Assembly: GCA_965153285.1 (NCBI GenBank)
Contig: OZ229116.1
Strand: one strand, 5' to 3'
DNA length: 64,000 nucleotides
Source of the DNA: Podarcis tiliguerta
Taxonomy: Eukaryota
Shown: piece by piece, positions 12,555-26,060 of the stretch
Layout of the letters: each line of letters starts with the position of its first letter
Position numbering within the stretch: position 1 is the first letter of the stretch
The notes under the pieces: model-generated
Seen by the model: only the letters and a program-made list of their open reading frames with translations
What the model was told of the DNA's origin: nothing
Database searches by the model: none
Made by a program: the position numbers and the translations under genes

Positions 12555-14233
12555 AAGGTTGGTGGGGGTTAGTTGAGCCAGGGAAATAATTGTTGGTTTG
12601 AGTGGTCGTCAGAAGGTGTCTGGATGCCAGGTCTACCCATCAGAAGCAACAGATGGAATATATGGAATATAAGTTCATCAGATGCAGGCCTAGGTCTTCT
12701 AGAAATTGTAGGCCTGTTCTCTCATACTAGTTACATTTGTTTGGGGTATTTGCTTTGCTGCTGCCTCTGGGGGGAAAAAATCCTTTGGATGCCCGTGGAT
12801 GAGATTAAAGTGAATCAAGAATGGATTGGAAATAAAGGCTTGGCTGTTGAGAAGAGAGTTGAAAAGGAGAGAGAAGCAATAGAGAAAGAAAGGTTGTTTC
12901 TGGTAGGAAGGTAGAAATGGAAGGAGGATATGAAGAGGACAAGTTTGAAATATCTAACAGAAAGTGAGAGAGTACAAAAAATTGTGATTGTAACAAAGTT
13001 ATGAATGTATAAGCAGCAGAGAATGCATCTTGAAAATAAAAAGAATTTGGCAACTGGATAGTTGATGGAGTCAAACATAAGGCTATGATTGTGATGGTGA
13101 AGATAAGGGCAACATTAACAGAATAGAGATTCATCCACTTAAATTTATATTGGGTGTAGAGGTTATGGCACTCTCCTGCAGCATGTGATGTAGCAGTTCT
13201 ATAGGCACAAGTCAGATGACCATTTAATTGGGGCAAGCAGCACCAGTCCCTATGCAAGCGGCATAGCAGTAAAGCACACTGTAGCTCCCATTTTGTTATA
13301 AGTGGCTAGCGCTGCCTTCAAATTCAGTGCCTTTTCTTTATCCATACTGTTGCGTCTAATCAGTGAAACAGGCCACAACTGTGTGTGTGTGTTTGGCCCG
13401 CCCAATGTGCAATAACTGCAATTGATCCCACAGAATTGCACAGGATGTTATATCAGATGCATCAGCATAAAATTTCCTCTGCCCTGCTCCAAATACAGAC
13501 ATATAACAATCCAGGATGGAACCATGTAGATGAATAGCTATGCAGACAGATAACGCTTGGTTTAGCCTCCACCCTGGTGTTATCTCCATGTTATGTCTTC
13601 ACTTTTTCCCTTATAAGTGAATGGTTGCCAGTTACCATTCTTGCAAGGCAGAGAAGTAAAATACTGCAATTGTAGAGTGTTGGGGTGTAAGCAAATCTGC
13701 CCTTCCATCCTTAGCACTGAATGGCTGACCCTCATTGCGAGGGAGTAGAGAGTTCTTACTCTACAAGTATGCTTTCATGATAGTAATGCATTTTTCTCAT
13801 AATATGTATGTATGGTCAGAGGCGTACCTAGGCTCCCTTGCGCTTTTGGCAAGGAGAGTGGGCAGACTCCTAACCACTCTGAGCCAGAGTGGAGAAGTAT
13901 GATTTCTGCGCTTCCTTGGACCCGCGCCTTTGGCAGGAGCCAATCTGGCCATCCTCTAGGTGCATCTTCGTATATGGCGTGCCTGTGTGCGTATGTGTGT
14001 AGTGGGGGAAGAGATTCTTGTTTTCTTGCTCAAAAAGGCTGTCCTTCAAAGTCTTCTGTTGCTTCCCCTCTTTATTAGATAGCAACTTTGTGTCTAAAAC
14101 TAATACAGTTTTAATAAAAGGTACAACCAAATTCCTTTGCTACAAAGTTGCATATTAGTAATAAAGAATATTTTTTTAAAATAATTTGTATCATAGTTGG
14201 TCCTCTAATTTAGATCTCCCCTTATTTTTTCAG

Positions 14234-14241
14234 ATACTTAA
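14234..14241 (+). CDS. ASPH: ASPH alternative terminal exon (junctate/humbug type): (G)AT ACT TAA = D-T-stop, followed by an AT-rich 3'UTR
   Basis: cttattttttcAG acceptor; phase 1 gives DT*; the following AGCTTCAAAAAGACTG...CAGGAGGACCAGCCTAA resembles the mammalian humbug terminal exon as recalled; candidate AATAAA at 15417-15422. Confidence 0.7.
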
Positions 14242-16834
14242 AGCTTCAAAAAGACTGTCCCTACAGCAGGAGGACCAGCCTAAACCATTCTCTACACAAT
14301 GGGAACAGATGTTTGTTATAGACTTTATGCCGTAATTAACTAAGCAGTTGAGAAACTTGTGGTGGAGGGAGAAACACTAAAGGTGTTTCACAAGTGATGC
14401 TAGGAGACTTTCCCATTTAAGTTGCATCTCATGTAGATGTTGTTAATACGGTATTAGCCAGAAATAGAAAACTATTTTTAAACTGAATATATATTCTGGT
14501 CAATGCAGACTTTTCATTCAATTTGTAGATGCAAAAAAAGCTATTTACGCATCACTTGTGAAACTCTCTGAAAATGTGTAGCACTCAGTTCACATTTTAG
14601 TATACCTTTAGCATATATTTAGAACCCCAATATACATTTTTAACATTTTGTAGCTTTTAATATACATGTTTTTATTTTCTCCCTTATTAGTGACCAAGAG
14701 GTTGTAGTATCTGAATTTTACATGTGTCGTTCACATAATTGTAATATGCTATTTATAATGTAGCAACAAATGATTTAAGATTTTAATATATATATATCTG
14801 TGGATACATTAAAATTTGGAAGCAATCTTAGTTAGCAAAGTTTTAAAATGTGATCAAAGAGCATTGTGATATATTTACATTCTTCTATGGCAAACACTAC
14901 TAAAATAGAGCTGTGAAATTTTGGCTTGGACCTATACTTGTTGGTTAGTAATTATTCTAGCTGAGCTCAGCTCACTTTAATCTATGTTCAGGTGTAGCAA
15001 ACACCTTAATGATGGACATATCTACAGAATTACTTAAATAATTACACTACACACAAACATTATTGTTGTAACCACCACTTCTGATGAACACTGAAGAATT
15101 CCATAGCAATCTGGAAGTTTGCAGAGCTTACATTGAAAATCCACTTGGGCTTAATTGTTTTTTGTTTTTGTTTTTCATTTGCCCATAGACCTGCCATTGT
15201 AATGCACTGTTTGTCAGCAGTTATATAGGCATAAGTACCTAAACTGTATTCCCACAACTGCTTAATCAACAGTAGCCCCTCTGAAATAAATGGGATTATT
15301 CTGAGGCAAGGGTTGTAGTTATCTGATGAGTCTATCTAATGAGTCAGAATATGATTAATTTCAACAAATATTCTTTACCAAAAATTTCTTATTATAAATA
15401 TAAATCAGTATTTATTAATAAAATCCTTACTTTGCTCACAAATGAAGGTAAACTTTAAAAAAAAAAGTTAGGGGTATAGATAACTATTGCATGGTGCTGT
15501 TCCATTACAATAGATTCACATTTAATTATTTTATCCTTTTTTGGCTCAGGAATAGTTCTCATTTTAATGCTGTTGCTCTGAGAAAGATAATCTCAGTTTA
15601 ATCTGAGATATCAGTTGGAAACACTAAGTAGCATTGAAGTCAATGGGTATTCACTAGGATTATTGTGGAATCTTTGACTTGTGAACTGTAGCCAGCACTT
15701 GGAGATAATTAGATTATTTTTTTTTTTAATGTAGAAACATGAGTAAGGAGAAATGTGATGCATTTTTCTTGGGTTGGAATCCAATATATTGAGAGGTCTA
15801 CATAGTTTGTATGTAGCATATATCCTAGATTTCTGTGAGCATATTCCCTTCCCACATGGGTACTGCATCTGTGCATGAATGATTCCCATAAAATATAACA
15901 GAGCCTTGCTCTCACCACCACAAGCTGTGCACCCACAGGCATTACACCAGGCCAATGCAGGGAATGGGAGACTGTACAGGAAGGATCATGCCATTCATAC
16001 TTTTCAGGAAGCAATAGTCCTCTAGTTCTGTTAATACCGATTGAGGCAAAGTATTGTTTTATCATTGATGTGTTTGCCACCCTTGACTCCTTGGGGAGGA
16101 AGGGTGGCATATAAATTTAAGGAATAAATAAAATGAAAGAATTGCATATTTCTAAGTGGAAGAGCAATAATTTTTTTATAAAGCCATATTTTTAAGGACA
16201 TGCGAGAAAAATAGGATTGTGTTTTTGTACAATAGCGACAATATATTTTTAGACTGCTGGAGTGAGAAAATTATTATGCTGTGATCAAGTTCTTAAAATG
16301 CTTATAATTACATAATTTTCATGTTTACACAAGTGTGCCATGGGGGCAAGGTAACGGGGACTTTTAAAAGATGAACTTTTTCTTCTGTGTAATGATTGGT
16401 TGCAATAAAGTACAAAAGAACCTTTTCACTGGTGCAGTCATTATTTTCCAAATCGCTGACAAAACATCTCTCTTCAATAACACTTTTGTGTCTTCTTTAT
16501 ACCATTTGAAATCACTAGTTATTTTATTATGCAGAACTGGTGGTTAAAACCAGCTTAATGTGAATTCGTGTATGTCCTATATCTGCATATAAACTCCTAC
16601 AGTTTATATGCTTGCAATCTTTTTTTATTCTGAAGTGTTCACCAGTTTTATCATAACCTCTTACCTTTCACTATGAAACAGAGGCGGGCTAGTATCCTCC
16701 TTAGTGTGTAGGTTCACAGTGTATGTGCTAAGGCAATATCTGGAGCTGATGGTGGATTTTGTTTCAATACAGCAGCTTGTACCAGTAACTGATCCTAGAT
16801 GTTCCTAAATGCTTTAGTGATTGGGAGGCTTATA

Positions 16835-17076
16835 CAGCGGTACCTCGGGTTACATGCACTTCAGGTTACATACGTTTCAGGTTACAGACTCTGCTAACCC
16901 AGAAATAGTATCTTAGGTTAAGAACTTTGCTTCAGGATGAGAACAGAAATTGTGCTCTGGCAGCATGGCGGCAGCGGGAGGCCCCATTAGCTAAAGTGGT
17001 GCTTCAGGTTAAGAACAGTTTCAGGTTAAGAACGGCCCTCCGGAACGAATTAAGTACTTAACCCGAGGTACCACTG
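16835..17076. mobile_element. Tigger/pogo-type MITE family B
   Basis: CAGCGGTACCTCGGGTTA ... TAACCCGAGGTACCACTG, TA flanks; opposite orientation to the 24027 and 27516 copies. Confidence 0.88.
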
Positions 17077-17805
17077 TAGTGAGCCAGGAGGAGAGGAGAA
17101 CTAGAGTTGATTCATGAGCCATCATGAAGTCTTTGAAGGCACCATGGTGCTGGTTATATTACTTCTACCACATCCCTGTGTTATACTATGGATAGAATTG
17201 AGACAGATAATTTAACATAACCAGAGGAACTTACTTCACATGAGCAACACAGAGTCTTTTGGCATCTTAAAGACTAAAATCTATATTATGACATAGTAAA
17301 TATGTTAGTTTTTAAGGTACGACAAGGTTCTCTGTTTTTACTGCAGCAGATGAATGTGACTAACCTCCTGAATTTGCTTCACAGGATGTTAGATGTTACA
17401 ATGGAACTGAAAAGTGGTTAGCACCAAAACTCAAAGCAAAAAAGAGGCAAAATCTCGAAATGTATGGGGGTGGGGTGGGGGTGGGGGATGGGACTAAGAT
17501 TCGTTTGTCACACATGCCATATAATGTGAATTAATTAATAGGCTAAAGGTAGTTGGGAAATAACACATTACATATTTGTCTTGAACATAAAAAGGCTATT
17601 GAGTCCTGGCAGGGTTGGAGTACTGTAAGATACATCTGAGCTTAATTTTGCATATATATTTTTAAAACTCTAAATAACAACTTTTAGGACCACTTGCTCA
17701 GGATTTGAACTGCAATGGATACGGTGCTGGAGTTTAATCCTCACTATGGTTCTGAAGAAAATCACTCCATAGAAGCTATTATTAGCATCAGGAAGGGAGT
17801 TCCCA

Positions 17806-17871
17806 CTCAAATCACATATGATAGCTCAAATCACATATGATCTGCTCAAATCACATATGATAGCTCAGATC
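17806..17871. repeat. ~19-nt tandem repeat CTCAAATCACATATGATAG, ~3.5 copies
   Basis: direct inspection. Confidence 0.85.
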
Positions 17872-18586
17872 ATGGCAGTTCATACAGTTGGAGACTGCAC
17901 ATGAACTTGACCAAGTATTGAGCACATCAATTGCCCAACATCCTACCAGAAGCAATCACATTGTGGTGGAGGGGACTGGCACCTATCAGTCTTCCCCAAC
18001 CTGATGCCTGCCTTCCATGTTGGGAGCACAACTCCCATCTTGGACCATTGGCCATACGGTTAATTGTAGTTCAAGACACCTAGGAAGGTATAAGGCTGGA
18101 GAAGGTTGGCATGCATAAACCAGGTGCAAGGCATAGTGTAAAGGGAGCTGAAATGTTTGGTAAACTGAATTAAACCACCACCACACTGTTGTCTATATAT
18201 AGAAGTCTGAAACTTCAACACATAAACTACCAGTACATTCAAGAGAGAAGATGCAGGAAGATGAAAAATGTAATTGGTTTATTAAGTTAAGAGTCTATGC
18301 AGGCAAAAACTTCCATTCATTTGAATGAAGTGAATTGAGAATGCAATAGGTATGAACTTTAGTCCTTACCTTTTCTGGCACAACCAAAACAATTATTCTT
18401 TACTCTCTGCACATAATAACTATATAATATTATATTTGGACATTGATAGATTTAAAAACCTGACAATATTGCAAAATGAAGATATACCCATTATTTTGTG
18501 GGTATTATTCCAGTTGTATGCATTTTAAAAATAGCACTGTGGTGATGATACAAAATGTTTTTCTTTTCTTTTTTTACATATTCCAG

Positions 18587-18622
18587 GACAAAGTGAAAAA
18601 GAAACTCAGCAAAAAGAAAAAG
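18587..18622 (+). CDS. ASPH: ASPH exon (GQSEKETQQKEK)
   Basis: polypyrimidine + cAG acceptor, AG|GTAAGA donor, 36 nt phase 1-1, joins in frame to the VKKKKPK exon. Confidence 0.8.
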
Positions 18623-18779
18623 GTAAGATAATGTGAACGCTTAGTTTTTGCATTGGTGCATGGAATAGAGAAAATGTTCAATTATTCTATTGCTCAAGTT
18701 TTGGGAGTTTATATTGGAGACTGCTTGGAGACCTTTGAGTAGCAAGTGACATAATCACCATCTTCCTTAAGTTAGGACC

Positions 18780-19290
18780 CGAAGCATTGTGTTTAATTCA
18801 AATCAGCAGCCACTAGGCCCTTGACCACCTTCGAAAACCTTCTCCTGACAGCTGAGGGACACAGCAAAGGGGTGGTATCCACAATATACAAAATACAAAA
18901 TATACAAAATACAAAATCCCACAAACCCCCTTGACGCAATCAAATAACAATGGGAGGATGACATAGGCTATGAAATTAACCCCACTCATCGGACTAGAAT
19001 GTGGTCTAAACCTCCCTTTAAGTCCCTATCAGCCCAAAGAAGGTTTCACCCTGAAACTCACCTACAGGTGGTACTTAACACCATGGAAACTGGTGCTGAT
19101 ACAAGATGTTGGAGAGGCTGCACCTCCACAGGCACGACTCCACATGTGGTGGGAATGCCCTAAAATCCAACCCTTCTGGACAGCAGTCCTACAAAAGATA
19201 TGCAAAATAACTAAACACGTATTAGAAGTCACCCCAGAACTGGCCCTACTGAACACCTTCCAACATCATAATGACCACTCACATTATACA
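18780..19290 (+). mobile_element. degenerate L1/Tx1-clade ORF2 C-terminal fragment
   Basis: YRWYLTPWKL and HMWWECPKIQPFW cysteine-rich-region motif. Confidence 0.65.
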
Positions 19291-19586
19291 GAGGTGTCCT
19301 TGCTACATTTTGTGTCCCTATTATACAGCACTAGCAGAAGCAGGGGCTTTTCCTTGGATAGTTCAGGAACATGATCCCATATGGTGGATTGCTGACACAG
19401 TATCCTGAACCATAGGGGTGTTCTTGGAAAGAGTCCATGAAAGCATGCCTTCCAAGTCTTGGAAAATAAGATCAAATGATTCTAATGGCCTGTTCCGCAC
19501 ATTTGTTCCTTATGCTGATCATTTGTCATATTGTGGTGATAACCATAAGCCTATGATGTTCATATATTTAGCCAAATCCTTTAAAA

Positions 19587-19731
19587 CAGGGATAAGGAAC
19601 CCATTGTGCTCCAGATGTTGTTGGACTGCAACTCCTGTCATTCCTGACCATTGGCCATGCTGGATGAAGGTGGTGAGAGTTGGAATCTAACAGCATCTGT
19701 GAGGGTGGGTTCCCAAGGTTCCCAATTCCTG
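19587..19731. mobile_element. palindromic hAT-type MITE
   Basis: CAGGG...CCTG ends and a perfect 8-bp TSD CTTTAAAA; related degenerate copies near 11030, 24880, 26630, 27990, 53473 and 63250. Confidence 0.75.
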
Positions 19732-19984
19732 CTTTAAAATGAGGTATAGAGGTTCTTTGTTAATTGATCCTTAATCCTACTATCCTGTTATCCCTCCCTC
19801 CTGCAGGAAATGGAGTTGCTGACAAACCCAGTGGCTGAATGACTTTGAATAGCTCAGTGACTAGCAATGGCTTCAGAGACAGTTGTGATCTTTCAGATAG
19901 TTTGTAACTACTCTGGAGTGTGATGAGGGCACCGTTGCCTTTTTGGGTGCTGGCCAGATGCTACTGCAACCCACAGGAAGCAGG

Positions 19985-20241
19985 GATAGCCACCAACTTA
20001 GATGGCTTTAGGCAAATTCATGGAGAAGAAGGCTAACAATGACTACTAGCCATGTTGGCTATATTCTGCTTCTACAGTTGGAGGCAGTAATACCAGTTAC
20101 CCAAAACCACAGGAGGGGAGATGGCTCTTGTGCCCAGATCTTGTTTGCTGGTTTCCCACCAGCATCTGGTTGGCCACTAAGAAAGCAGAATGCAACTACA
20201 TGGACCATTGTCCTGAGTCAGTAGGCTCTAACTATGTTCTT
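19985..20241 (+). mobile_element. old CR1-type 3' end
   Basis: GCCACCAACTTAGATGGCTTT...GCATCTGGTTGGCCACT...TATGTTCTT; same family as 4953. Confidence 0.6.
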
Positions 20242-20779
20242 GCATTTGGACTGGAAGACAAGAAATTTAAAAAAGAATGGGAAATGTTTATAATGTGCAT
20301 ACAAAAGTAATGCAAACGGGTCAAAACATTAGCAGGATTCTAAATACATTAAATGAAATAGAGAGTATGGATAACTTAGGAAGACAGAATAATTGGAGAA
20401 ATGTCAATATGCAGTTAAAATATAATTAAGAGGACCCATGGTTGGGATGGGGGGAAGTCAAGAGGGTAATCTCAATATGTGGAATTGTAAGATTTTTTGA
20501 TGTAAGTTTATCTTTTTCTTGTGTTTTTTTCTTCTTTTCATTCTTCATCCCCCCCCCCCCTATTTTTGGAAATTCAATTACACACACACACACACACACA
20601 CCAGTTTGGACTGGTCACAGTATTATTTTAACTGCGTAAATACAAAAACACTACAGTTTTGCTCCTTATTGTTAGAGATTCTTCAGCATGCATTAAGGTG
20701 TTAAAGAAATTCATAAATAGTCAATTCTGAATTCTGGGAAGAAATGCTGTATTTCTTTTTAATCTCTTTTTTTTTCTAG

Positions 20780-20865
20780 TGAAGAAAAAGAAGCCAAAAT
20801 TGCTCAATAAATTTGATAAACAGATTAAAGCTGAACTCGATGCTGCAGAGAAGCTGCGTAAAAAG
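20780..20865 (+). CDS. ASPH: ASPH exon (VKKKKPKLLNKFDKQIKAELDAAEKLRKK)
   Basis: translation matches the ASPH pre-TPR segment; AG/GT boundaries; 86 nt. Confidence 0.95.
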
Positions 20866-21099
20866 GTAACGATGAAATTTGACTGAGCTTAAATTGGCTG
20901 TTGCTGGAGAGAACATAAAGATGGGCTGTAGCACCATGCATACAATTCTAGGCATAGAGAACCTCAGAAGGCTCTGATAAACACTACAAATGGTTGTGAA
21001 CCCATCTATTGGCAATGCTAGTGGATCACAATATAGGCTTATGTCTATTGTAAGGGGTGGATGGACAAAGACAGCAATTCAGTACTTTTAAAATGTATA

Positions 21100-21277
21100 G
21101 ACTGTAGCTCAGTGGTAGAGCATCTGCGTTGAATGCAGAAGGTCCCAGGTTCAGTCTTCAGCAACTCCAGGTAAGGCCAGGAAGACTTGTCTGAAATCCT
21201 GGAGAACTGCCATCAGTGTAGACAAAACTGAGCTTGGTGGAATAATGGTCTGATTCAGTGTATGGTAGCGTCCTATG
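21100..21277 (+). mobile_element. tRNA-derived squamate SINE (Squam3-like)
   Basis: CTGTAGCTCAGTGGTAGAGCATCTGC...AAGGTCCCAGGTTCA head; related copies at 60775-60930 and 60985-61190. Confidence 0.75.
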
Positions 21278-21707
21278 ACATTTTATGCAACTGAACCTGG
21301 GAAGTAGGCCTGCCCAAGTAAAGTGAAACTTGCAGTTTTTCCAGATGTGATGGCAGCCTTGAGTTTTAAAATCTATATATTTTTCTCATGTTTGCATACC
21401 TCTTCATAACCGATGCTTTCAAGGATTTCACAGCTGTGAAATAGCCCATAAGAAGGTACCTAAATAATTTCATTTTGATGCCTTAAATTGTGTATTTAAT
21501 TTCAGTAGGATTACTCTGAGAAAACTCAAATGAATACCACCCATCATATTCAATCAATTTTTTTCTTATGTGTTTTAATAGCCCCCAATATTCTTTCATT
21601 TCCCCCCCTCAAGATGTTCACTTTAAGCCATTTCATAACAAAAAGGGAAATTTCAGGGATGGCCCCAGATGTTTCCCTCCCTGAGGAAGAGCAGTAAATA
21701 CCACCTT

Positions 21708-21752
21708 CTCCCTCTCCCTCTCCCTCTCCCTCTCCCTCTCCCTCTCCCTCTC
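21708..21752. repeat. (CTCCCT)n hexamer repeat
   Basis: direct inspection; source of the spurious GE/GR-repeat ORFs. Confidence 0.9.
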
Positions 21753-22288
21753 TTCTGTCTCCTCTCTCCACACACATACCCCATCCATCCTGAGCCCAAA
21801 CCTAGCTGGTTTATTTTAGCATCTAAGACATAAAATCCCACAAGCACTTCTCCCTGGGTACAAAAATATAGTAACTTGTTGCTCTTCCATGACAGTCAAA
21901 ATCCACTGCCTGTGGTCATCAACCCACTCCAGTGCTGATATTTTAGATTCCCCCACCATTCCCTTCCACAATCATTTCATAATGTTAATATTTTATTTTT
22001 ATTTAAGCAACAACAATCCCAACCTCACGCACTGTGTTTATTTAAAAGGTGTATTATACATTACCAAACTATAACAGATAACTTCCCTAGCTGTCACTAT
22101 AAGTGTTGTGTGACTACTTCCTTTCCCCACAAAAAAATGTTTTATAAATGACTAAATTATTTTTAGGCGCTTTGTTAGCTGGTGACTTCTCAGCACTTTT
22201 ATCGGAAATGTAAATAATAAGGAATGTTAATATTTTCCCTACACATGATATTTTGCAAATTACTTCAGATAACAATGGTTTTCTTTAG

Positions 22289-22375
22289 GGGAAAGCTGAG
22301 GAAGCTTTGAAGGCATTTGAAGCATTAGTCAACAAGTATCCGCAAAGCCCACGAGCAAGATATGGAAAAGCGCAG
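22289..22375 (+). CDS. ASPH: ASPH exon, TPR region (GKAEEALKAFEALVNKYPQSPRARYGKAQ)
   Basis: ASPH motif YPQSPRARYGKAQ; AG/GT; 87 nt. Confidence 0.95.
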
Positions 22376-23426
22376 GTAAAGAATGAGCAAGCAACCTATG
22401 GAAAGACAAATTGTCTAGTTGTGTATGTCTCTATTTGTCCTAGACTATAAATCCAGTCGTCTCCAGGATGAACACAATGGGAAATGTGAATGATCTTGCA
22501 AAAGGCAGCTCTTATTCAGTGAGGCCAGGACATTTCCCCCAGAGCTGTGAAACTTGCAGGTGGTTTACTGAATGTTCCTTAATCCTAGCACTGGTTGTTG
22601 TTTTTTCCATGCTCCTGTAACTGCCAATTTCTTCTGAAAGAAGGGAGCAGGTGACACTTCCTTTCATGAATAGAAGAGGTTTGGTAGCTCCTGTCTTTTC
22701 TTCTTTGGATGTCTCTCAGCTTCTTGTGTTACATACAATTAAGCAATGACATTCCCAGTGATTTGTGCTTATAGCCCATATTTTGTAGCCTTAAAATAAC
22801 TTGCGCAACACTATAATCGGCTTGCTTGACATCACACGATGGAAATATGGAGGTCTTAACTGTGTCAGTTCTTCAATTGACAGCCATCTTAAAATAAATA
22901 AATAAACCAAAGCCAGCAAAATTCACCATATTAACCCTTTGTTAAAACAACTTTCTATTACAACTTTCCATCCAGTAAAGTCATTCTGAAATGAAAACAG
23001 ATTTATACTACCTTTGAACAAATACTCGTGATTTGGTGACTGAATTCCAGAATAAAACAAAACAAAGCTGCAGGCATTTCAAAAGATGAGCACGGAAACA
23101 AAATACCTGTTTATTTTTTCAAGTCAGTGTTGTGGTTGGCTATGTAGAGGCTGTTTGCCAGCTATTAAAATACTTTTTTTTTTTCTTCATTTTCCTTGCC
23201 GTACATTTTGGTGTATGTAGCCACCAAAATGCTTGAAGGTGTTTGTCCATTTGTACAATCAGGAATTCTTCTTCTTCTTTTTCTTTAAAATGAAAGCAGT
23301 TCATCTTTTTTTCCAATGACATTTACCAATCTCAAACAACTACCAATTGAGTAAAAACATGTTTTTAACAAACAAAAAGTTAAGTGGTGACTTGGGCACT
23401 GATGAATGATTTATGGTCACACACAG

Positions 23427-23577
23427 AGTGAGGATGACTTGGCAGAGAAAGCAAGAAGCAATGAAATACTACAGCGATCCATCAGTACCTATGGTGAAGT
23501 TGCTAGTCTACCAAATGTCCCTGATGATCTGGTAAAACTCACATTGAAAAGAAGGGCAGATCGACAACAATTTCTTG
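23427..23577 (+). CDS. ASPH: ASPH exon (SEDDLAEKARSNEIL...RRADRQQFL)
   Basis: matches ASPH; AG/GT; 151 nt. Confidence 0.95.
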
Positions 23578-24026
23578 GTAAGGATCTTAAATCTGTACTT
23601 ACTGCAGGTCAAATATTCAAAAATGCCCAGGGGATTTTAAAGACTTTGTTGTTTTATTAAATGGATGATACATACAGCACATGTTTGTAAAGTTACATGA
23701 ACGATAAACAACAAAAGAACTGTTTGTGCAATGTAGCTTAAAGTGTAAGCACACACTAGAGATGTATATCATATAATGCCAAGAAGATTTTGAAGGAGAC
23801 TAGTTTTGTTTACTGCAACTGAAACCTATTTGGTCTCAAAAAATCCTCCTTGTGAATTTTAACATCATTTTTTCTACAGATACTGCTCAGTTGCTGGAAT
23901 ATTCTTCCAAATGATTTCTATCTGGATTTGACATTGATACTTGGTTTTAATATCCTGATAGGGGTGGGGGTTTTTTGCCAGTATTTGATAATGCATATTC
24001 AACAGTATACAGCTGTGTTGCCTGTA

Positions 24027-24252
24027 CAGTGGTACCTCGGGTTAAGTACTTAATTCGTTCCGGAGGTCCGTTCTTAACCTGAAACTGTTCTTAACCTGAA
24101 GCACCACTTTAGCTAATGGGACCTCCCACTGCTGCTGCGCCGCCAGAGCACGATTTCTGTTCTCATCCTGAAGCAAAGTTCTTAACCCGAAGTACTATTT
24201 CTGGGTTAGCGGAGTCTGTAACCTGAAGCATATGTAACCCAAGGTACCACTG
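24027..24252. mobile_element. Tigger/pogo-type MITE family B
   Basis: same TIRs and body, TA flanks. Confidence 0.88.
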
Positions 24253-25070
24253 TATACAGCTTCACAGAGTCAAATCATATTGTACAGACCACAGATATGC
24301 TTGTACAAAAAACCCCAAAAACCTGTGTACATCACTGCGTTTGTGTTTTAAACTGTTGGTCTCTTTCCAGTGGCATTAAATCACAGGCATGACTTGAAAT
24401 GAACAGAAGTAGATAGAAACAGGTGTCTCCCAGATTCATGGAAAGGACAAATGTTAATCAAATATTGTGAGCAACTGTCTTCCTGTGAGCCAGGAAGTCT
24501 GAACATCACCCCCCCCCCCCCGCCACTTGAATTAATTGCAGTTTATTTATACCCTTAATTAATGTAGTTGAAAAATAGCAGCAGCTTTAAACGTGCACTT
24601 TAAAGAACTGGAGATTAATTGCTGGCATATCTATCCACGCTGTGAACCCCCTTATTACCACTGTCCAATGAAAGCTGTGATATGAGGAATGCCACAGTTG
24701 TCCACAAGAGGTCTCCATAAGACTGACTGATACAATCCAACAGCTTGCTTTCCTAAGGCATATCTGTTAAAATTAGTAGTAAAAGACATCGGTGAGAAAA
24801 AATATTCATATATTTTTACATTTTGTGTTATCGGTCTTTAGTAATGTTCACTTTTTATATATTTAATTTACTGTATTGCAGGCATGAGCAACATGATGCT
24901 CTCCAGATGTTGCGGGACTCCCACCAACCTCAGTCAGGATGGCCAATAGGCAGAGATGGTGGGAGTCCAACCACATCTGGACGGCACTGGATTGGCTACT
25001 TCCTCTGCTATATCCCAGACTACTACTACTTGTAACCAAGCTGTTGTTGTTTTTTGTCCAATTCAATTAG

Positions 25071-25207
25071 GTCGCATGAGAGGCTCCTTGGTTACACTGC
25101 AAAAACTTGTTAGCCTGTTTCCTAATGATACTTCATTCAAGAACAATCTAGGAGTGGGTTACCTTTTGATTGGCGACAACAGCAATGCCAAGAGGGTTTA
25201 TGAGGAG
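25071..25207 (+). CDS. ASPH: ASPH exon (GRMRGSLVTLQKLV...NAKRVYEE)
   Basis: matches ASPH TPR; AG/GTGAG; 137 nt. Confidence 0.95.
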
Positions 25208-26060
25208 GTGAGCTTCTATTAAGAATATGTAAACTTTTTTTTAAAGTACCACAGGTTGATCAAGGCTTAAGAACATTACAATTTTGAAAACAATAAAAGT
25301 ATGCATCTGCCTCTTTATAGCATAGGTGGTGAACCAGTGGGCTGAAAGGTGATTGCCGCAGCCCCGCCATCCCACAGCAAAATCAGACACATCTCCCTCT
25401 GCAAAGGCTCCATTGCTGGGTGGTCTTACCAGACAGGAACCAGGAAGGAGCATTCTGTGCTGTTTCCTCATAGTAACGACTCCCGGCAAGAAGGAGTATG
25501 ACTTTGCAAATTGTGCAGATGGGGGCTTTCTTTTCCATTGTGCCAGTTGGGCCTGAACTTCTCTTTATTACCCAGGGCTGCAGTGGCAAAATCTGTACAT
25601 CACAGTCCTGGGCTGAGAGGAAAGGGTTAAACCTCTTCATGCAGCCCAACACTGTGATGGACAAATCACCCCATGACAGGGCTGATCTGAGGAGAGAGGT
25701 TTAAACTTCCCTGCCCAGCCTAGTGATGGAATTTCAAAGGTGGTGAGGATGAGTGTGTGTGCAGTGTGTGTTTTGTATGTGGTGCATGTGTGATAAATAT
25801 GTGCTGGCAACACATGCAGTCCTTGGATTAGTTGACTGACCCTCAGGGTAGCCCTTTAGCTGAAAAAGGGTAGCCACCCCTGCCTTTTAGGCCATGGTAC
25901 CCTCATTTTGACCAGTCCAAACACTGCAAATGTTTCCTCTTACGGTTGCGCTAAAGTGTGCATAGGCTATGTGTGGTTTCCCTGTTGTGTAGCTTCTTGT
26001 TCAAACTCCGACACTTGCCTTTTCCTCTTCTAACTGTTCAGTCCTTCGCATGGGAAAACC

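Noticed and set aside
12570-13590. cluster of 60-150 aa ORFs
   Set aside because: No coherent protein; probably a decayed - strand LINE, too degraded to classify.
21100-21172. tRNA-like sequence
   Set aside because: Degenerate B box and acceptor stem, continues into a SINE body, and has related copies at 60.8-61.2 kb; it is a SINE head, not a tRNA gene.
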